A DNA stretch of 24,411 bases from a virus (taxonomy: Duplodnaviria; Caudoviricetes). Under the pieces are notes generated by a model. The model was not told the DNA's origin and made no database searches. It saw nothing but the letters and a program-made list of their open reading frames with translations. The translations under genes and the position numbers were made by a program. This document shows, in pieces, positions 15,155 to 24,265 of this stretch (positions are counted from its first letter, which is position 1; each line of letters opens with the position of its first letter). The stretch lies in the IMG/VR virus record IMGVR_UViG_3300031519_004513, positions 1-24,411 of that record, one strand, 5' to 3'.

Positions 15155-15754
15155 ATGAGTTTACTTAAAAATATCAATGGAATAGAACTATACGTAGTTC
15201 CTAATCAACATTGGATTGTAAGTGCAATATATCCGTATTATAAAGATCTAGAACATTTGTTTGACTTTTCGTCACACGATATGACTGCAGGTCATTGTAC
15301 TGTTAACGGAATTCAAAAGCCTTTACTACCAGATGAGTGGACACGAGAACGTGAAGACTATCGTATGTGGATGTTAGATATATTTAAACAAGTAAGTGTG
15401 CCTATTAAAGAAATTAACGATAGAGACATCGGACCTGAGTATAAAGCATGGACTATTAATTACTTTCCAGGAGGCTGGCAAGCAGGACATTTTCATTCTA
15501 TAGATAAAATGTCACAGGATAATGATAGATTTGCTTCTAGTGTTATGTTCTTTGATCACATCAAACCAAAAAAGCGTAACAAGTTCAACGGAGCATTGTA
15601 TACTACAATGCAAAGTCTTTCAGGTTATACATATGATCACAAGTTTTATCCTGAACCCGGAAGAGTAGTAATCATGGACGACAGGGTGTGGCACGGTGTG
15701 TACCCAACTGAAGATAACAGACGCTCCCTAGTATGGGACTTTGACATAGCATGA
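15155..15754 (+). CDS. 2OG-Fe(II) oxygenase-like (double-stranded beta-helix) protein
   Basis: AWTINY..GHFH..SSVMFF..PEPGRVVIMDDRVWHGVYP..RRSLVWD. Confidence 0.7.
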   Translation: MSLLKNINGIELYVVPNQHWIVSAIYPYYKDLEHLFDFSSHDMTAGHCTVNGIQKPLLPDEWTREREDYRMWMLDIFKQVSVPIKEINDRDIGPEYKAWTINYFPGGWQAGHFHSIDKMSQDNDRFASSVMFFDHIKPKKRNKFNGALYTTMQSLSGYTYDHKFYPEPGRVVIMDDRVWHGVYPTEDNRRSLVWDFDIA

Positions 15755-16494
15755 GAGTAGGCGTACGAGGAAGTAAACTTGCAATAGCATACGCAGAACG
15801 TGTATGCAACGAGTTGCCTTGCGACACAGAGATAGTTATTATCAAAACACTAGGAGACTTAAATCCTGATGTACCTATACATGAGATAGGTGGCAAGGGT
15901 GTTTTCTGTAGCGCAATCGAAAACGCATTGTTTAACAACGAAATTGACATAGCAGTACATAGTTTAAAAGACATGCCCGGCGATGTTGAACATCCTGACT
16001 TAGAGATTAGCGCAGTACTACAGCGCAGTAGTCCTTATGATGTATTGTTAGGCAAAGTGTTTGATGGAAGTACAATTGGCACTAGTAGTCCTAGGCGCAC
16101 AGCACAACTAACACAATTATATCCTAATAGTAAAATATTACCAATTAGAGGTAATATAGATTCTCGCCTAAATAAACTTGACAACGGGCAGTATGATGCT
16201 ATAATACTAGCACAAGCAGGATTAGATGCTTTAAACATTCATCGAGATGACATAACAATACTACCAATTGTTCCAGCAGTGGGTCAAGGTATTATTGCAT
16301 TACAAACAAGACAAAATAGCAAAGCAAGTAAGATTGCCAAGCAAGTAAATCACACACTAACTTTTGCACAAGCACAGTTAGAAAGAGCATTGCTTAAAGG
16401 TATTGCAGGAGATTGCCAAACACGAATAGCGGCACACGCTACAGGAAGCAATCCAATCAAACTAGAAGCAGTATATTACACGGAGAATTTATGA
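15751..16494 (+). CDS. hemC: Hydroxymethylbilane synthase (porphobilinogen deaminase), C-terminally short
   Basis: RGSKLA, GGKGVF, DIAVHSLKDMP, GTSSPRR, IRGNIDSRL, PAVGQG, ER..GDCQ (cofactor Cys). Confidence 0.93.
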   Translation: MRVGVRGSKLAIAYAERVCNELPCDTEIVIIKTLGDLNPDVPIHEIGGKGVFCSAIENALFNNEIDIAVHSLKDMPGDVEHPDLEISAVLQRSSPYDVLLGKVFDGSTIGTSSPRRTAQLTQLYPNSKILPIRGNIDSRLNKLDNGQYDAIILAQAGLDALNIHRDDITILPIVPAVGQGIIALQTRQNSKASKIAKQVNHTLTFAQAQLERALLKGIAGDCQTRIAAHATGSNPIKLEAVYYTENL

Positions 16495-17201
16495 GTAGTT
16501 TAATTACCCCCAAGTACGACTATAAGCCTATAAGCCGCAAACAAGTTGAAGGCAAGCGTAAGTACATGACGCCGGACGGAGGAGCCGTAGCAAGCGTTAC
16601 GACTATCTTAGACGCCACAAGTGACAAGTCCGGACTAATGGCTTGGCGCAAGCGTGTAGGTGAAAAGAAAGCACAAGAAGTTGTTACTGAGGCCGCAGGT
16701 GTTGGCACACGTATGCACAAGTATCTTGAAGACTATGTTGACTTTGGTGAGCTACCTACGCCAGGTGGCAATCCGTTTGCTAAGAAAGCACACAAGATGG
16801 CACAGGAAGTAGTTAAACATGCTATGTGCGATGTAGATGAGATCTGGGGTAGTGAAGTTGCTCTGTATGTTCCGCAGATGTATGCAGGCACTACTGACCT
16901 TGTTGGACAGTACAAAGGCCAACCTTGTATAATGGACTTCAAACAAACCAACAAGCCTAAGAAGCTAGAGTATGTACAAAACTACTTCCTACAGCTAGTA
17001 GCTTATGCAGAAGGACACAACGAAATTTACGGCACTAACATTCGCGAAGGACATATCTTTATGTGTAGTCGCGGAGATGATGGCATGGAACTTGGTGGTG
17101 AAACATATCAACAGTTTGATGTATGGCCAGATGAATATGATGAATGGCGCCATGAATGGTACAACAGAGTGTATACCTATTACGAGAAGCACAATACTTG
17201 A
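16491..17201 (+). CDS. PD-(D/E)XK exonuclease (T4-like phage/MGME1-like)
   Basis: SVTTIL, GTRMHKYLE, YAGTTDLVG..IMDFKQTNK, YFLQLVAY. Probable start 16491 (ATGA overlap). Confidence 0.85.
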   Translation: MSSLITPKYDYKPISRKQVEGKRKYMTPDGGAVASVTTILDATSDKSGLMAWRKRVGEKKAQEVVTEAAGVGTRMHKYLEDYVDFGELPTPGGNPFAKKAHKMAQEVVKHAMCDVDEIWGSEVALYVPQMYAGTTDLVGQYKGQPCIMDFKQTNKPKKLEYVQNYFLQLVAYAEGHNEIYGTNIREGHIFMCSRGDDGMELGGETYQQFDVWPDEYDEWRHEWYNRVYTYYEKHNT

Positions 17202-17225
17202 AGGCAATGATACAGACTTTAGGGC

Positions 17226-17231
17226 TAAATA
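17226..17231 (+). promoter_or_regulatory. Putative late promoter
   Basis: GGCTAAATAT before the tail-type gene. Confidence 0.6.
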
Positions 17232-17259
17232 TGTATAATAATACATTTAGGAGAATGAC

Positions 17260-18876
17260 GTGGCTGTAGTACAGATATCGAGAATTCAGGTTAGAAGAGG
17301 TAAAGGCACCAACGGTATTCCGCAGTTAGCTGGCGGAGAATTTGGTTGGGCAGTAGATAATAGAGCATTATTCATTGGTAACGGCAGTGTTGCTGAAGGA
17401 TCGCCGGCAGTAGGTAATACTAAGATTATTACTGAGCATGACGATTTGTTTACATTAGCTAACACTTACACATACCTAAACGGTCAAACTGTACAAACAG
17501 GTACTAGTGCCACTGCTCCGATTAAAAGAACACTACAATCAAGGCTAGACGAAATGGTTAACATTAGGTCGTTTGGAGTAGCAGGCGATGGATTAACAGA
17601 CGAAACTGTTGCAATCCAACGTGCTATGGACCAACTGTATCTTAACAGTGCAACTAAAGGTACGCCACAAAGTAGAGTAGAACTTGTATTTCCAGCAGGC
17701 ACGTATAAAGTATCTAGCATAATTTACATTCCTCCTTACGCTACAATCAAAGGCGCAGGCATGAGCAAGACAGTCTTTAATATGACTGGCAACGGAACAG
17801 TATTCCAAACTGTAAACAGTTCAAGTACTCCGGGTACATATGCAAACGACAGTACAAGTACAACACTAAACCAAGCAACCAATGTACACATTGAAGGAAT
17901 TAGTATTCAAACAGTATCAACTACTGCTCCTGCAATACTATTGCAAAGTTGTAAAAACAGTCACTTTAAAGAAATTGGCATTACAGGTCCTTGGACTACA
18001 GGCACAGCAGTTACTACAGCTAACGCAGGTATTGAACTAGGTTCACTGAGTAGCATTGTAGGAACACAAAAGAACAAGTTTGATCATGTTATGTTTAATG
18101 GTCTAAGTGTTGGCATTGCTAGTGACGATGATGTTTATAATAATCACTTCCATTGCTGTTACTTCCAAAACTTAGGCAATGGTGTATTGTTTGGCGAAGG
18201 AACTTCATTAGGTGCGCAAGGACAAACAACTGCTCCTTGTAAGAACAAGATTAGTCAGTGTGACTTTACTGACATCGATAAAGAAGGCATTGTAGTTACA
18301 CAGGGTGTTAACAATGTTAGTTCTCACAACAACTTTGAAGGTGTAGGTAACGTAGGCGGCAACGAAGGCAATGCACAGTATAGTATAATTGACTTTAACA
18401 AAGCAGGCAACAGCAGTGTTGAAGACTACTTTGCAAGAACTGCCCTACTTGGATATAATCAAACTTATATCTCAACATTCAAATACGTATCAGAAATTAA
18501 AGGTGCAGTAAATGCTACACTAGGTGGTATGAACACACTAGAAGTACAAGAAGCTAGTTCGTCGACTTACTTCTTTAGATTACCAGGCGATTATAGCAGA
18601 ACTTATAAACTTGCTTACAGTTACAAAAGTGCAGTTGCTAATGCTCAACGAGCAGGCACAATGACATTTATGTTAGATGCTGGCACAAACACACTATTGT
18701 TTGAAGACGAGCATGATTATCAAGGTGATGCTAATTATGAAACAGCGTTAACCTTTACTGCAACAACTGTCAACACAGATGGAGTATCAGGGGTTGACAC
18801 GATCATAGTTTCTATGTTAAACTCAATAACAAATGATCAAGGTGAATTTAATTACAAAATCAAAGTTTTGAGTTAA
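17260..18876 (+). CDS. Tail/baseplate-associated protein, Mtd_N-like plus pectate-lyase-like beta-helix
   Basis: RIQVRRG..LAGGEFGWAVD..LFIGNG; VNIRSFGVAGDGLTDETVAIQRA..LVFPAGTY; AGGAG SD, GTG start. Confidence 0.8.
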   Translation: MAVVQISRIQVRRGKGTNGIPQLAGGEFGWAVDNRALFIGNGSVAEGSPAVGNTKIITEHDDLFTLANTYTYLNGQTVQTGTSATAPIKRTLQSRLDEMVNIRSFGVAGDGLTDETVAIQRAMDQLYLNSATKGTPQSRVELVFPAGTYKVSSIIYIPPYATIKGAGMSKTVFNMTGNGTVFQTVNSSSTPGTYANDSTSTTLNQATNVHIEGISIQTVSTTAPAILLQSCKNSHFKEIGITGPWTTGTAVTTANAGIELGSLSSIVGTQKNKFDHVMFNGLSVGIASDDDVYNNHFHCCYFQNLGNGVLFGEGTSLGAQGQTTAPCKNKISQCDFTDIDKEGIVVTQGVNNVSSHNNFEGVGNVGGNEGNAQYSIIDFNKAGNSSVEDYFARTALLGYNQTYISTFKYVSEIKGAVNATLGGMNTLEVQEASSSTYFFRLPGDYSRTYKLAYSYKSAVANAQRAGTMTFMLDAGTNTLLFEDEHDYQGDANYETALTFTATTVNTDGVSGVDTIIVSMLNSITNDQGEFNYKIKVLS

Positions 18877-19301
18877 TGAATGAAATAAAATTTGAACAAA
18901 AAGTAAAACTGTGGAAGAACTTACGAGTTAACCTCGAGTCTCATCCGAGACCATTTAGCTTGCTAACACAGTTTACAAGTACGTTAAAAACAAGTAGCAG
19001 AAAAGACTCTCCGTGGGATCCAAAAAGTGTCATACACCCTTGGAACTTAATAGAGAATAACTCATTTACTGAGTATGAAATTGCGCTATTAACTTGCTAT
19101 ACTTTACAGTTAACAGACCGTTTTTGTCTAGCAGAAGTAGAGATACATATCAGTAAGGACTTAGAAAACGAACAAACCATGTATCTAGTGTACTTGGACA
19201 AAAGTATAGTCTTAGGATACAACAATGAAGTACTAACAATGAACGACTTACCGGAAAACATTATATCACAAAAGACGATACCAATGCCTCCACTACACTA
19301 A
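18876..19301 (+). CDS. Hypothetical phage protein (141 aa)
   Basis: TAATG-coupled to the upstream gene. Confidence 0.7.
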   Translation: MNEIKFEQKVKLWKNLRVNLESHPRPFSLLTQFTSTLKTSSRKDSPWDPKSVIHPWNLIENNSFTEYEIALLTCYTLQLTDRFCLAEVEIHISKDLENEQTMYLVYLDKSIVLGYNNEVLTMNDLPENIISQKTIPMPPLH

Positions 19302-19330
19302 ATAATTTTGAAACAAGGGAAAGAAGTAGA

Positions 19331-21646
19331 ATGAAATCAGATCTCAATATTTTAAAACGTAACGGCGAACGTACTACGTTAGACATTAATAAAATACACA
19401 AAGTAGTAACACATGCCTGTGACGGACTAGCAGGAGTGAGTAGTAGTTTAATTCAAATGAATGCAGGCATCCAGTTTGCAGACAACATGACAACAACTGA
19501 CATCCAAGACTTGCTAGTTAGATCTGCAAATGACCTAATCTCGTTAGAAAGTCCAAATTATCAATTTGCCGCGGCACGTTTGTTGTTGTACGGTCTGTAT
19601 AAAGATGTATTCGGCACGTTTGAAAAGACACCATTGATTGATATGATTAATCAAAATGTAGGCAAAGGATTGTATGATCCGGAACTATTAGAAAAATACA
19701 CAGCAGAAGAAATTGCAACACTAGACAGCTATATCCGTCACAAGCGTGATGAGAACTTTACCTATGCAGGCTTGCGCCAAGTAGTAGACAAGTATCTTAT
19801 TCAGGATCGTAGCACAGGAGATCTATTTGAATCTCCACAACACATGTACATGATGATTGCGGCAACATTGTTCGCTAATTATCCTGCATCAGAACGTATG
19901 CATTATGTAAGGAGATACTACGATGCGACCTCACTATTTAAAATCAATATCCCAACGCCAGTTATGGCAGGCGTCCGTACTCCGGTTCGTCAGTTTGCCT
20001 CTTGCGTTCTCGTTGACGCTGATGACACCCTCGATAGCATCTTCGCTTCAGACATGGCCATTGGCCGCTATACTGCTCAGAGAGCAGGAATTGGAATCAA
20101 CGCAGGAAGAATACGTGGAGTAAACGCCCGCATTAGAGGTGGTGAAGTAGCACACACAGGTATTGTCCCGTTCCTAAAGAAGTTCGAAGCAACTGTACGT
20201 TGTTGTACACAAAATGGTGTACGTGGCGGAAGTGCTACTACACACTTTCCTTTTTGGCATCAAGAGATTGAAGACATTCTTGTACTAAAAAACAACAAAG
20301 GTACAGAGGACAATCGTGTACGCAAGCTAGACTATTCAATTCAGCTTAATAAAACTATGTACGAACGATTGTTATCTGGAGGCGATATAACTTTGTTCTC
20401 GCCGCATGATGTACCTGGATTGTATGAAGCATACTTTGGTGATGCTGACAAGTTTAAAGAACTATACGAAAAGTTTGAGCGTTCAACTAAGATTAAAAAG
20501 AAAACTATTTCAGCAATGGACTTGTTTAGTGCGTTAATTAAAGAACGTGCAGAAACAGGCCGCATTTATATTATGAATGTTGATCATTGTAACACACATA
20601 GTTCATTCTTAGACACAGTTTACATGAGTAATTTGTGTCAAGAGATTACACTACCAACTAAGCCGCTTACTCATATTGATGATCCAGATGGTGAAATTGC
20701 ATTGTGTATCCTAAGTGCTATTAACGTAGGTATTATTAGGAACTTAGACGAGCTAGAAGAACTATGTGAACTGGCAGTACGTGCGCTAGAAGAAATTATT
20801 GATTACCAAAAGTATCCAATCAAAGCCGCAGAGATTAGTACCAAAGCAAGACGTAGTTTAGGTGTAGGCTATATTGGACTTGCACATTACCTTGCTAAGA
20901 ATCAAGTTAAGTATGACGATCCTAAAGCATGGCAATTAGTACACGACTTGAGCGAAGCGTTCCAATACTATTTGTTAAAGGCGTCAAACACTCTTGCAAA
21001 AGAACGTGGCCCTTGCGAATACTACGACCGAACTAAATACTCAGTAGGCATACTTCCAATTGATACATACAAAAAGGAAGTAGATACTATTGTGGAGAAC
21101 AAGTTAAATTATGATTGGGATAGTTTACGGAATGACATCAAAGAATATGGAGTCAGGCACAGCACTTTGTCCGCACAAATGCCTTCAGAGAGCAGTTCCG
21201 TTGTGTCGAACGCAACCAATGGAATCGAACCACCTAGAGGATACTTGTCCGTTAAAAAGTCCAAAAAAGGGCCTCTTAAGCAAGTTGTTCCGCAGTATCA
21301 AACACTAAAGAATCACTACACATTATTATGGGATATGCCTAGTAACGAAGGGTATATCAATGTCGTTGCAGTAATGCAAAAGTTTTTTGATCAAGCAATT
21401 AGCGGCAACTGGAGTTATAACCCAACACAGTTTGAAAACAATGAAGTACCAATGAGTGTAATGATCGGCGACTTGCTGAACACATACAAGTACGGCTGGA
21501 AGACATCTTACTATCAAAACACATACGACTATAAGACAGACGGCGACTTAGCTGATGTTGAGCCAGAAGTAGAACTAATGGCAAGAGATGAGTTTAGTGG
21601 TACTGATGATGAGTATGATGAATTTTGTGACAGTTGCGCAATTTAA
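19331..21646 (+). CDS. nrdA: Class Ia ribonucleotide reductase alpha subunit
   Basis: N-terminal ATP cone, PTPVMAG, QFASC, SNLCQEI, KTSYY, C-terminal CDSC. Confidence 0.97.
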   Translation: MKSDLNILKRNGERTTLDINKIHKVVTHACDGLAGVSSSLIQMNAGIQFADNMTTTDIQDLLVRSANDLISLESPNYQFAAARLLLYGLYKDVFGTFEKTPLIDMINQNVGKGLYDPELLEKYTAEEIATLDSYIRHKRDENFTYAGLRQVVDKYLIQDRSTGDLFESPQHMYMMIAATLFANYPASERMHYVRRYYDATSLFKINIPTPVMAGVRTPVRQFASCVLVDADDTLDSIFASDMAIGRYTAQRAGIGINAGRIRGVNARIRGGEVAHTGIVPFLKKFEATVRCCTQNGVRGGSATTHFPFWHQEIEDILVLKNNKGTEDNRVRKLDYSIQLNKTMYERLLSGGDITLFSPHDVPGLYEAYFGDADKFKELYEKFERSTKIKKKTISAMDLFSALIKERAETGRIYIMNVDHCNTHSSFLDTVYMSNLCQEITLPTKPLTHIDDPDGEIALCILSAINVGIIRNLDELEELCELAVRALEEIIDYQKYPIKAAEISTKARRSLGVGYIGLAHYLAKNQVKYDDPKAWQLVHDLSEAFQYYLLKASNTLAKERGPCEYYDRTKYSVGILPIDTYKKEVDTIVENKLNYDWDSLRNDIKEYGVRHSTLSAQMPSESSSVVSNATNGIEPPRGYLSVKKSKKGPLKQVVPQYQTLKNHYTLLWDMPSNEGYINVVAVMQKFFDQAISGNWSYNPTQFENNEVPMSVMIGDLLNTYKYGWKTSYYQNTYDYKTDGDLADVEPEVELMARDEFSGTDDEYDEFCDSCAI

Positions 21647-21649
21647 AGG

Positions 21650-21678
21650 TTGACATGCACAACAACATATGTTACACT
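21650..21678 (+). promoter_or_regulatory. Sigma70-type promoter for nrdB
   Basis: TTGACA-N17-TACACT. Confidence 0.75.
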
Positions 21679-21709
21679 AGTATAATGTTAAAAGGGGAAA
21701 TGAGATAAC

Positions 21710-22813
21710 ATGGCAAAGACAGTATTTAATCAGGACAAAGTTGATTTCACCAAGAGCACAATGTTCTTTGGTCCAGATCAAAACACACAGCGATATGATG
21801 TGTTTAAATTCCCAGAGTTTGATAAACTTAATCAAACTATGCTTGGGTACTTTTGGAGAGCAGAAGAAGTGAGTCTACAAAAAGACCGTGCTGACTTTGC
21901 AAACTTTCGTCCAGAACAAAAGCACATTTTTACAAGTAATTTAAAGTATCAAACATTGCTAGACAGTGTGCAAGGACGTGGACCCAGTTTAGCGTTTTTG
22001 CCTTATGTATCGCTTCCTGAACTAGAAGGGTGTATTGTTACTTGGGACTTCTTTGAAACAATTCATTCACGTTCGTATACACATATTATGAAGAACGTAT
22101 ATTCTGATCCAAGTGAAGTGTTTGACACTATCTTAGATGACAAAGAAATTCTAAAACGTGCAACAGCAGTTACTAAAAACTATGATGCATTTACAGAAGC
22201 GGCAGATGCTTGGTTCCATCGAGGAGAAGGCACTCTGCGAAATGTTAAGAAGTTAATGTTCTTAGCAATGATGAATGTAAACATTTTGGAAGGCTTGCGT
22301 TTTTACGTTAGCTTTGCATGTACGTTTGCATTCGCTGAGTCAAAAGTAATGGAAGGGTCTGCAAAGATTATTTCGCTTATTGCTAGAGACGAAGCAACAC
22401 ACTTAAACCTATCTACACAGATCCTCAAGCATTGGCTTAAAGGTAACGATGATCCAGAGATGGCAAGCGTTGCTAAAGAGTGCGAAGAAGAGATCTACGA
22501 GATGTGGCGTACATGTGTTGAAGAAGAAAAAGCATGGGCGGATTACTTGTTTAAGGACGGAGCAATCATTGGCCTAAACGAAGAACTACTATATCACTAT
22601 GTGGAGTATATTGCTAACCGCAGACTTAAAGCACTAGGTTACAAGACCATATTTGATCGTCCAGTTAATACTAACCCACTACCTTGGACACAACATTGGT
22701 TGAGTTCGTCAGGCTTGCAGGTCGCTCCCCAAGAGACAGAGGTCGAATCGTACATCATCGGCGGCATCAAACAAGACGTGGACAAGGAGTCATTGAAAGG
22801 CTTTAGTTTATGA
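21710..22813 (+). CDS. nrdB: Class Ia ribonucleotide reductase beta subunit
   Basis: FWRAEE, LLDSVQ, ETIHSRSY (radical Tyr), LEGLRFYVSF, RDEATH, APQETE. Confidence 0.97.
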   Translation: MAKTVFNQDKVDFTKSTMFFGPDQNTQRYDVFKFPEFDKLNQTMLGYFWRAEEVSLQKDRADFANFRPEQKHIFTSNLKYQTLLDSVQGRGPSLAFLPYVSLPELEGCIVTWDFFETIHSRSYTHIMKNVYSDPSEVFDTILDDKEILKRATAVTKNYDAFTEAADAWFHRGEGTLRNVKKLMFLAMMNVNILEGLRFYVSFACTFAFAESKVMEGSAKIISLIARDEATHLNLSTQILKHWLKGNDDPEMASVAKECEEEIYEMWRTCVEEEKAWADYLFKDGAIIGLNEELLYHYVEYIANRRLKALGYKTIFDRPVNTNPLPWTQHWLSSSGLQVAPQETEVESYIIGGIKQDVDKESLKGFSL

Positions 22814-23091
22814 ACAATCAAGAAACTATTGTGTACAGTAAAGTAAACTGTCCTTCTTGTGTAAAAGCAAAGAGGGTACTAGATAACTTGAACGTGCCGT
22901 ACACTTTACAAACGCTAGGAGAAGATATTCAACCTAGCGAGCTTATGGAACTCTTTGAACAGAAAGGTTTGCCAGCACCAAGAACTGCGCCGCAAATCTT
23001 CCTTAACGGAGATTACATCGGAGGCTATGAACAACTAGTCTCTTATATCGAAGACACCGGGTTCAATGGAACCGGACACTCATTATCATAA
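22810..23091 (+). CDS. Glutaredoxin
   Basis: CPSC, TAPQIF, YIGGYEQL; next to nrdAB. Confidence 0.9.
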   Translation: MNNQETIVYSKVNCPSCVKAKRVLDNLNVPYTLQTLGEDIQPSELMELFEQKGLPAPRTAPQIFLNGDYIGGYEQLVSYIEDTGFNGTGHSLS

Positions 23092-23106
23092 AAGTAGGAA
23101 TAAAAT

Positions 23107-23397
23107 ATGTTAATTGAAGTACCGTACAAAGACGGCGATACTATTACTTTTAAAACTGTAGCAGGTGAAGAAGTAATTGCTCGCTTAGTACAAAAAGCAG
23201 AGGATTCAATGAAGATCAGTAAGCCAATGGCACTTACTATGAACAAAGATGGACTAGGACTAGTACCTTTTATGTTTACAGTGTCAAAGGATAGTGACGT
23301 AATTATTAATTTAACTACTGTCGTCTTTATTGCCAAGACCGAAAAAGGTATGGCAGATCAATACATTGAATCAACAACATCAATCAAACTAGTTTAA
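23107..23397 (+). CDS. Hypothetical protein, possible Sm-like fold
   Basis: GDTITFKTVAGEEVIARL beta-strand pattern; TAGGA SD. Confidence 0.65.
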   Translation: MLIEVPYKDGDTITFKTVAGEEVIARLVQKAEDSMKISKPMALTMNKDGLGLVPFMFTVSKDSDVIINLTTVVFIAKTEKGMADQYIESTTSIKLV

Positions 23398-23411
23398 AGG
23401 AGAAACAAACT

Positions 23412-23585
23412 ATGACAATACATGAAGAAATCGTTGCACAATTTGAAGCGTACCTAACAGAGAATGAAAAATTTGAAGGTGGTACAAAAGCCGCGGCCGC
23501 AAGAGCTCGTAAAGCACTTGGCGATCTAGGCAAGCTAACTAAAGCGAAACGTGCTGAGATTCAAGACAAAAAGAACAATATGTAA
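23412..23585 (+). CDS. Histone H1-like (Hc1-type) small protein, 57 aa
   Basis: Not in ORF track. AAGGAG SD; EKFEGGTKAAAARARKALGDLGKLTKAKRAEI. Confidence 0.8.
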   Translation: MTIHEEIVAQFEAYLTENEKFEGGTKAAAARARKALGDLGKLTKAKRAEIQDKKNNM

Positions 23586-23598
23586 TAAATATTATACT

Positions 23599-23625
23599 GG
23601 GCGCAAGTCATTAGGATTTGCGCCC
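23599..23625 (+). promoter_or_regulatory. Stable hairpin upstream of csp
   Basis: GGGCGCAAGTC-ATTAG-GATTTGCGCCC; no U tract; follows TAAATA at 23586-23591. Confidence 0.6.
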
Positions 23626-23645
23626 TATATATTGAAGGGCAACTC

Positions 23646-23870
23646 ATGACACAACAGGGCAAATTAAAATGGTACAACCACGTGAAAGGTTACGGCTTTA
23701 TTGGGCGTGAAGAAGGCCAATCAGATCTGTTTGTACACATATCCGAATTCCGCAAAATAGGCATCAAGAAAGTTATAGACGGTATGCATATCGAATACGA
23801 TCTAGATGACCACAATGGCAAACCAATTGCTATTAATCTTAAATTAATTCACACTCCAGAACCAAAATAA
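23646..23870 (+). CDS. Cold-shock domain protein
   Basis: GKLKWYN..KGYGFI (RNP1)..DLFVHIS (RNP2). Confidence 0.92.
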   Translation: MTQQGKLKWYNHVKGYGFIGREEGQSDLFVHISEFRKIGIKKVIDGMHIEYDLDDHNGKPIAINLKLIHTPEPK

Positions 23871-23873
23871 TAC

Positions 23874-23902
23874 TTGACTTCTTATTAATTTAGTGCTATA
23901 CT
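23874..23902 (+). promoter_or_regulatory. Sigma70-type promoter
   Basis: TTGACT-N17-TATACT; shares ACTTGACTTCTTA with the 15104 promoter. Confidence 0.8.
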
Positions 23903-23926
23903 AAATGAAGTAATAAGGAGAATCAA

Positions 23927-24265
23927 GTGAAGTACGTGATTGATATCGACGGCACCATTTGCAAGGAAGTAATTATTCCTGACAGTGGTGGAAAGAAAGA
24001 TTACGCTAATCATATTCCAATGCCGGACCGCATTGCAAAAGTAAATGCATTGTATGATGCAGGACACACTATCAAGTATATGACAGCCCGTGGATGCGTA
24101 AGTGGCGTAGACTATTACAAACTTACACATGCACAGCTAATACGTTGGGGTGCAAAGCATCACGAACTAAGCGTAGGTGAAAAAGAAAACTACGACATCT
24201 GGATCGACGACAAAGCATTCTGGAGTGAAAACTTCTTTAGAGAAACAGGAGAAAGCTATGAGTAA
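23927..24265 (+). CDS. Small capless HAD-superfamily phosphatase
   Basis: IDIDGT, MTAR, K..IWIDDK; AAGGAG SD, GTG start. Confidence 0.85.
   Translation: MKYVIDIDGTICKEVIIPDSGGKKDYANHIPMPDRIAKVNALYDAGHTIKYMTARGCVSGVDYYKLTHAQLIRWGAKHHELSVGEKENYDIWIDDKAFWSENFFRETGESYE

Noticed and set aside
17260-18876. Diversity-generating retroelement target
   Set aside because: Mtd_N alone is only an anchor; no reverse transcriptase or template repeat seen.
19331-22813. Introns, inteins or homing endonucleases in nrdAB
   Set aside because: Both ORFs are continuous and of normal length.
189-24130. Many antisense and alternate-frame ORFs in the track (e.g. 189..419, 498..842, 6372..6800, 14040..14429, 23885..24130)
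   Set aside because: They overlap well-supported genes and lack SD or recognisable motifs; treated as shadow ORFs.
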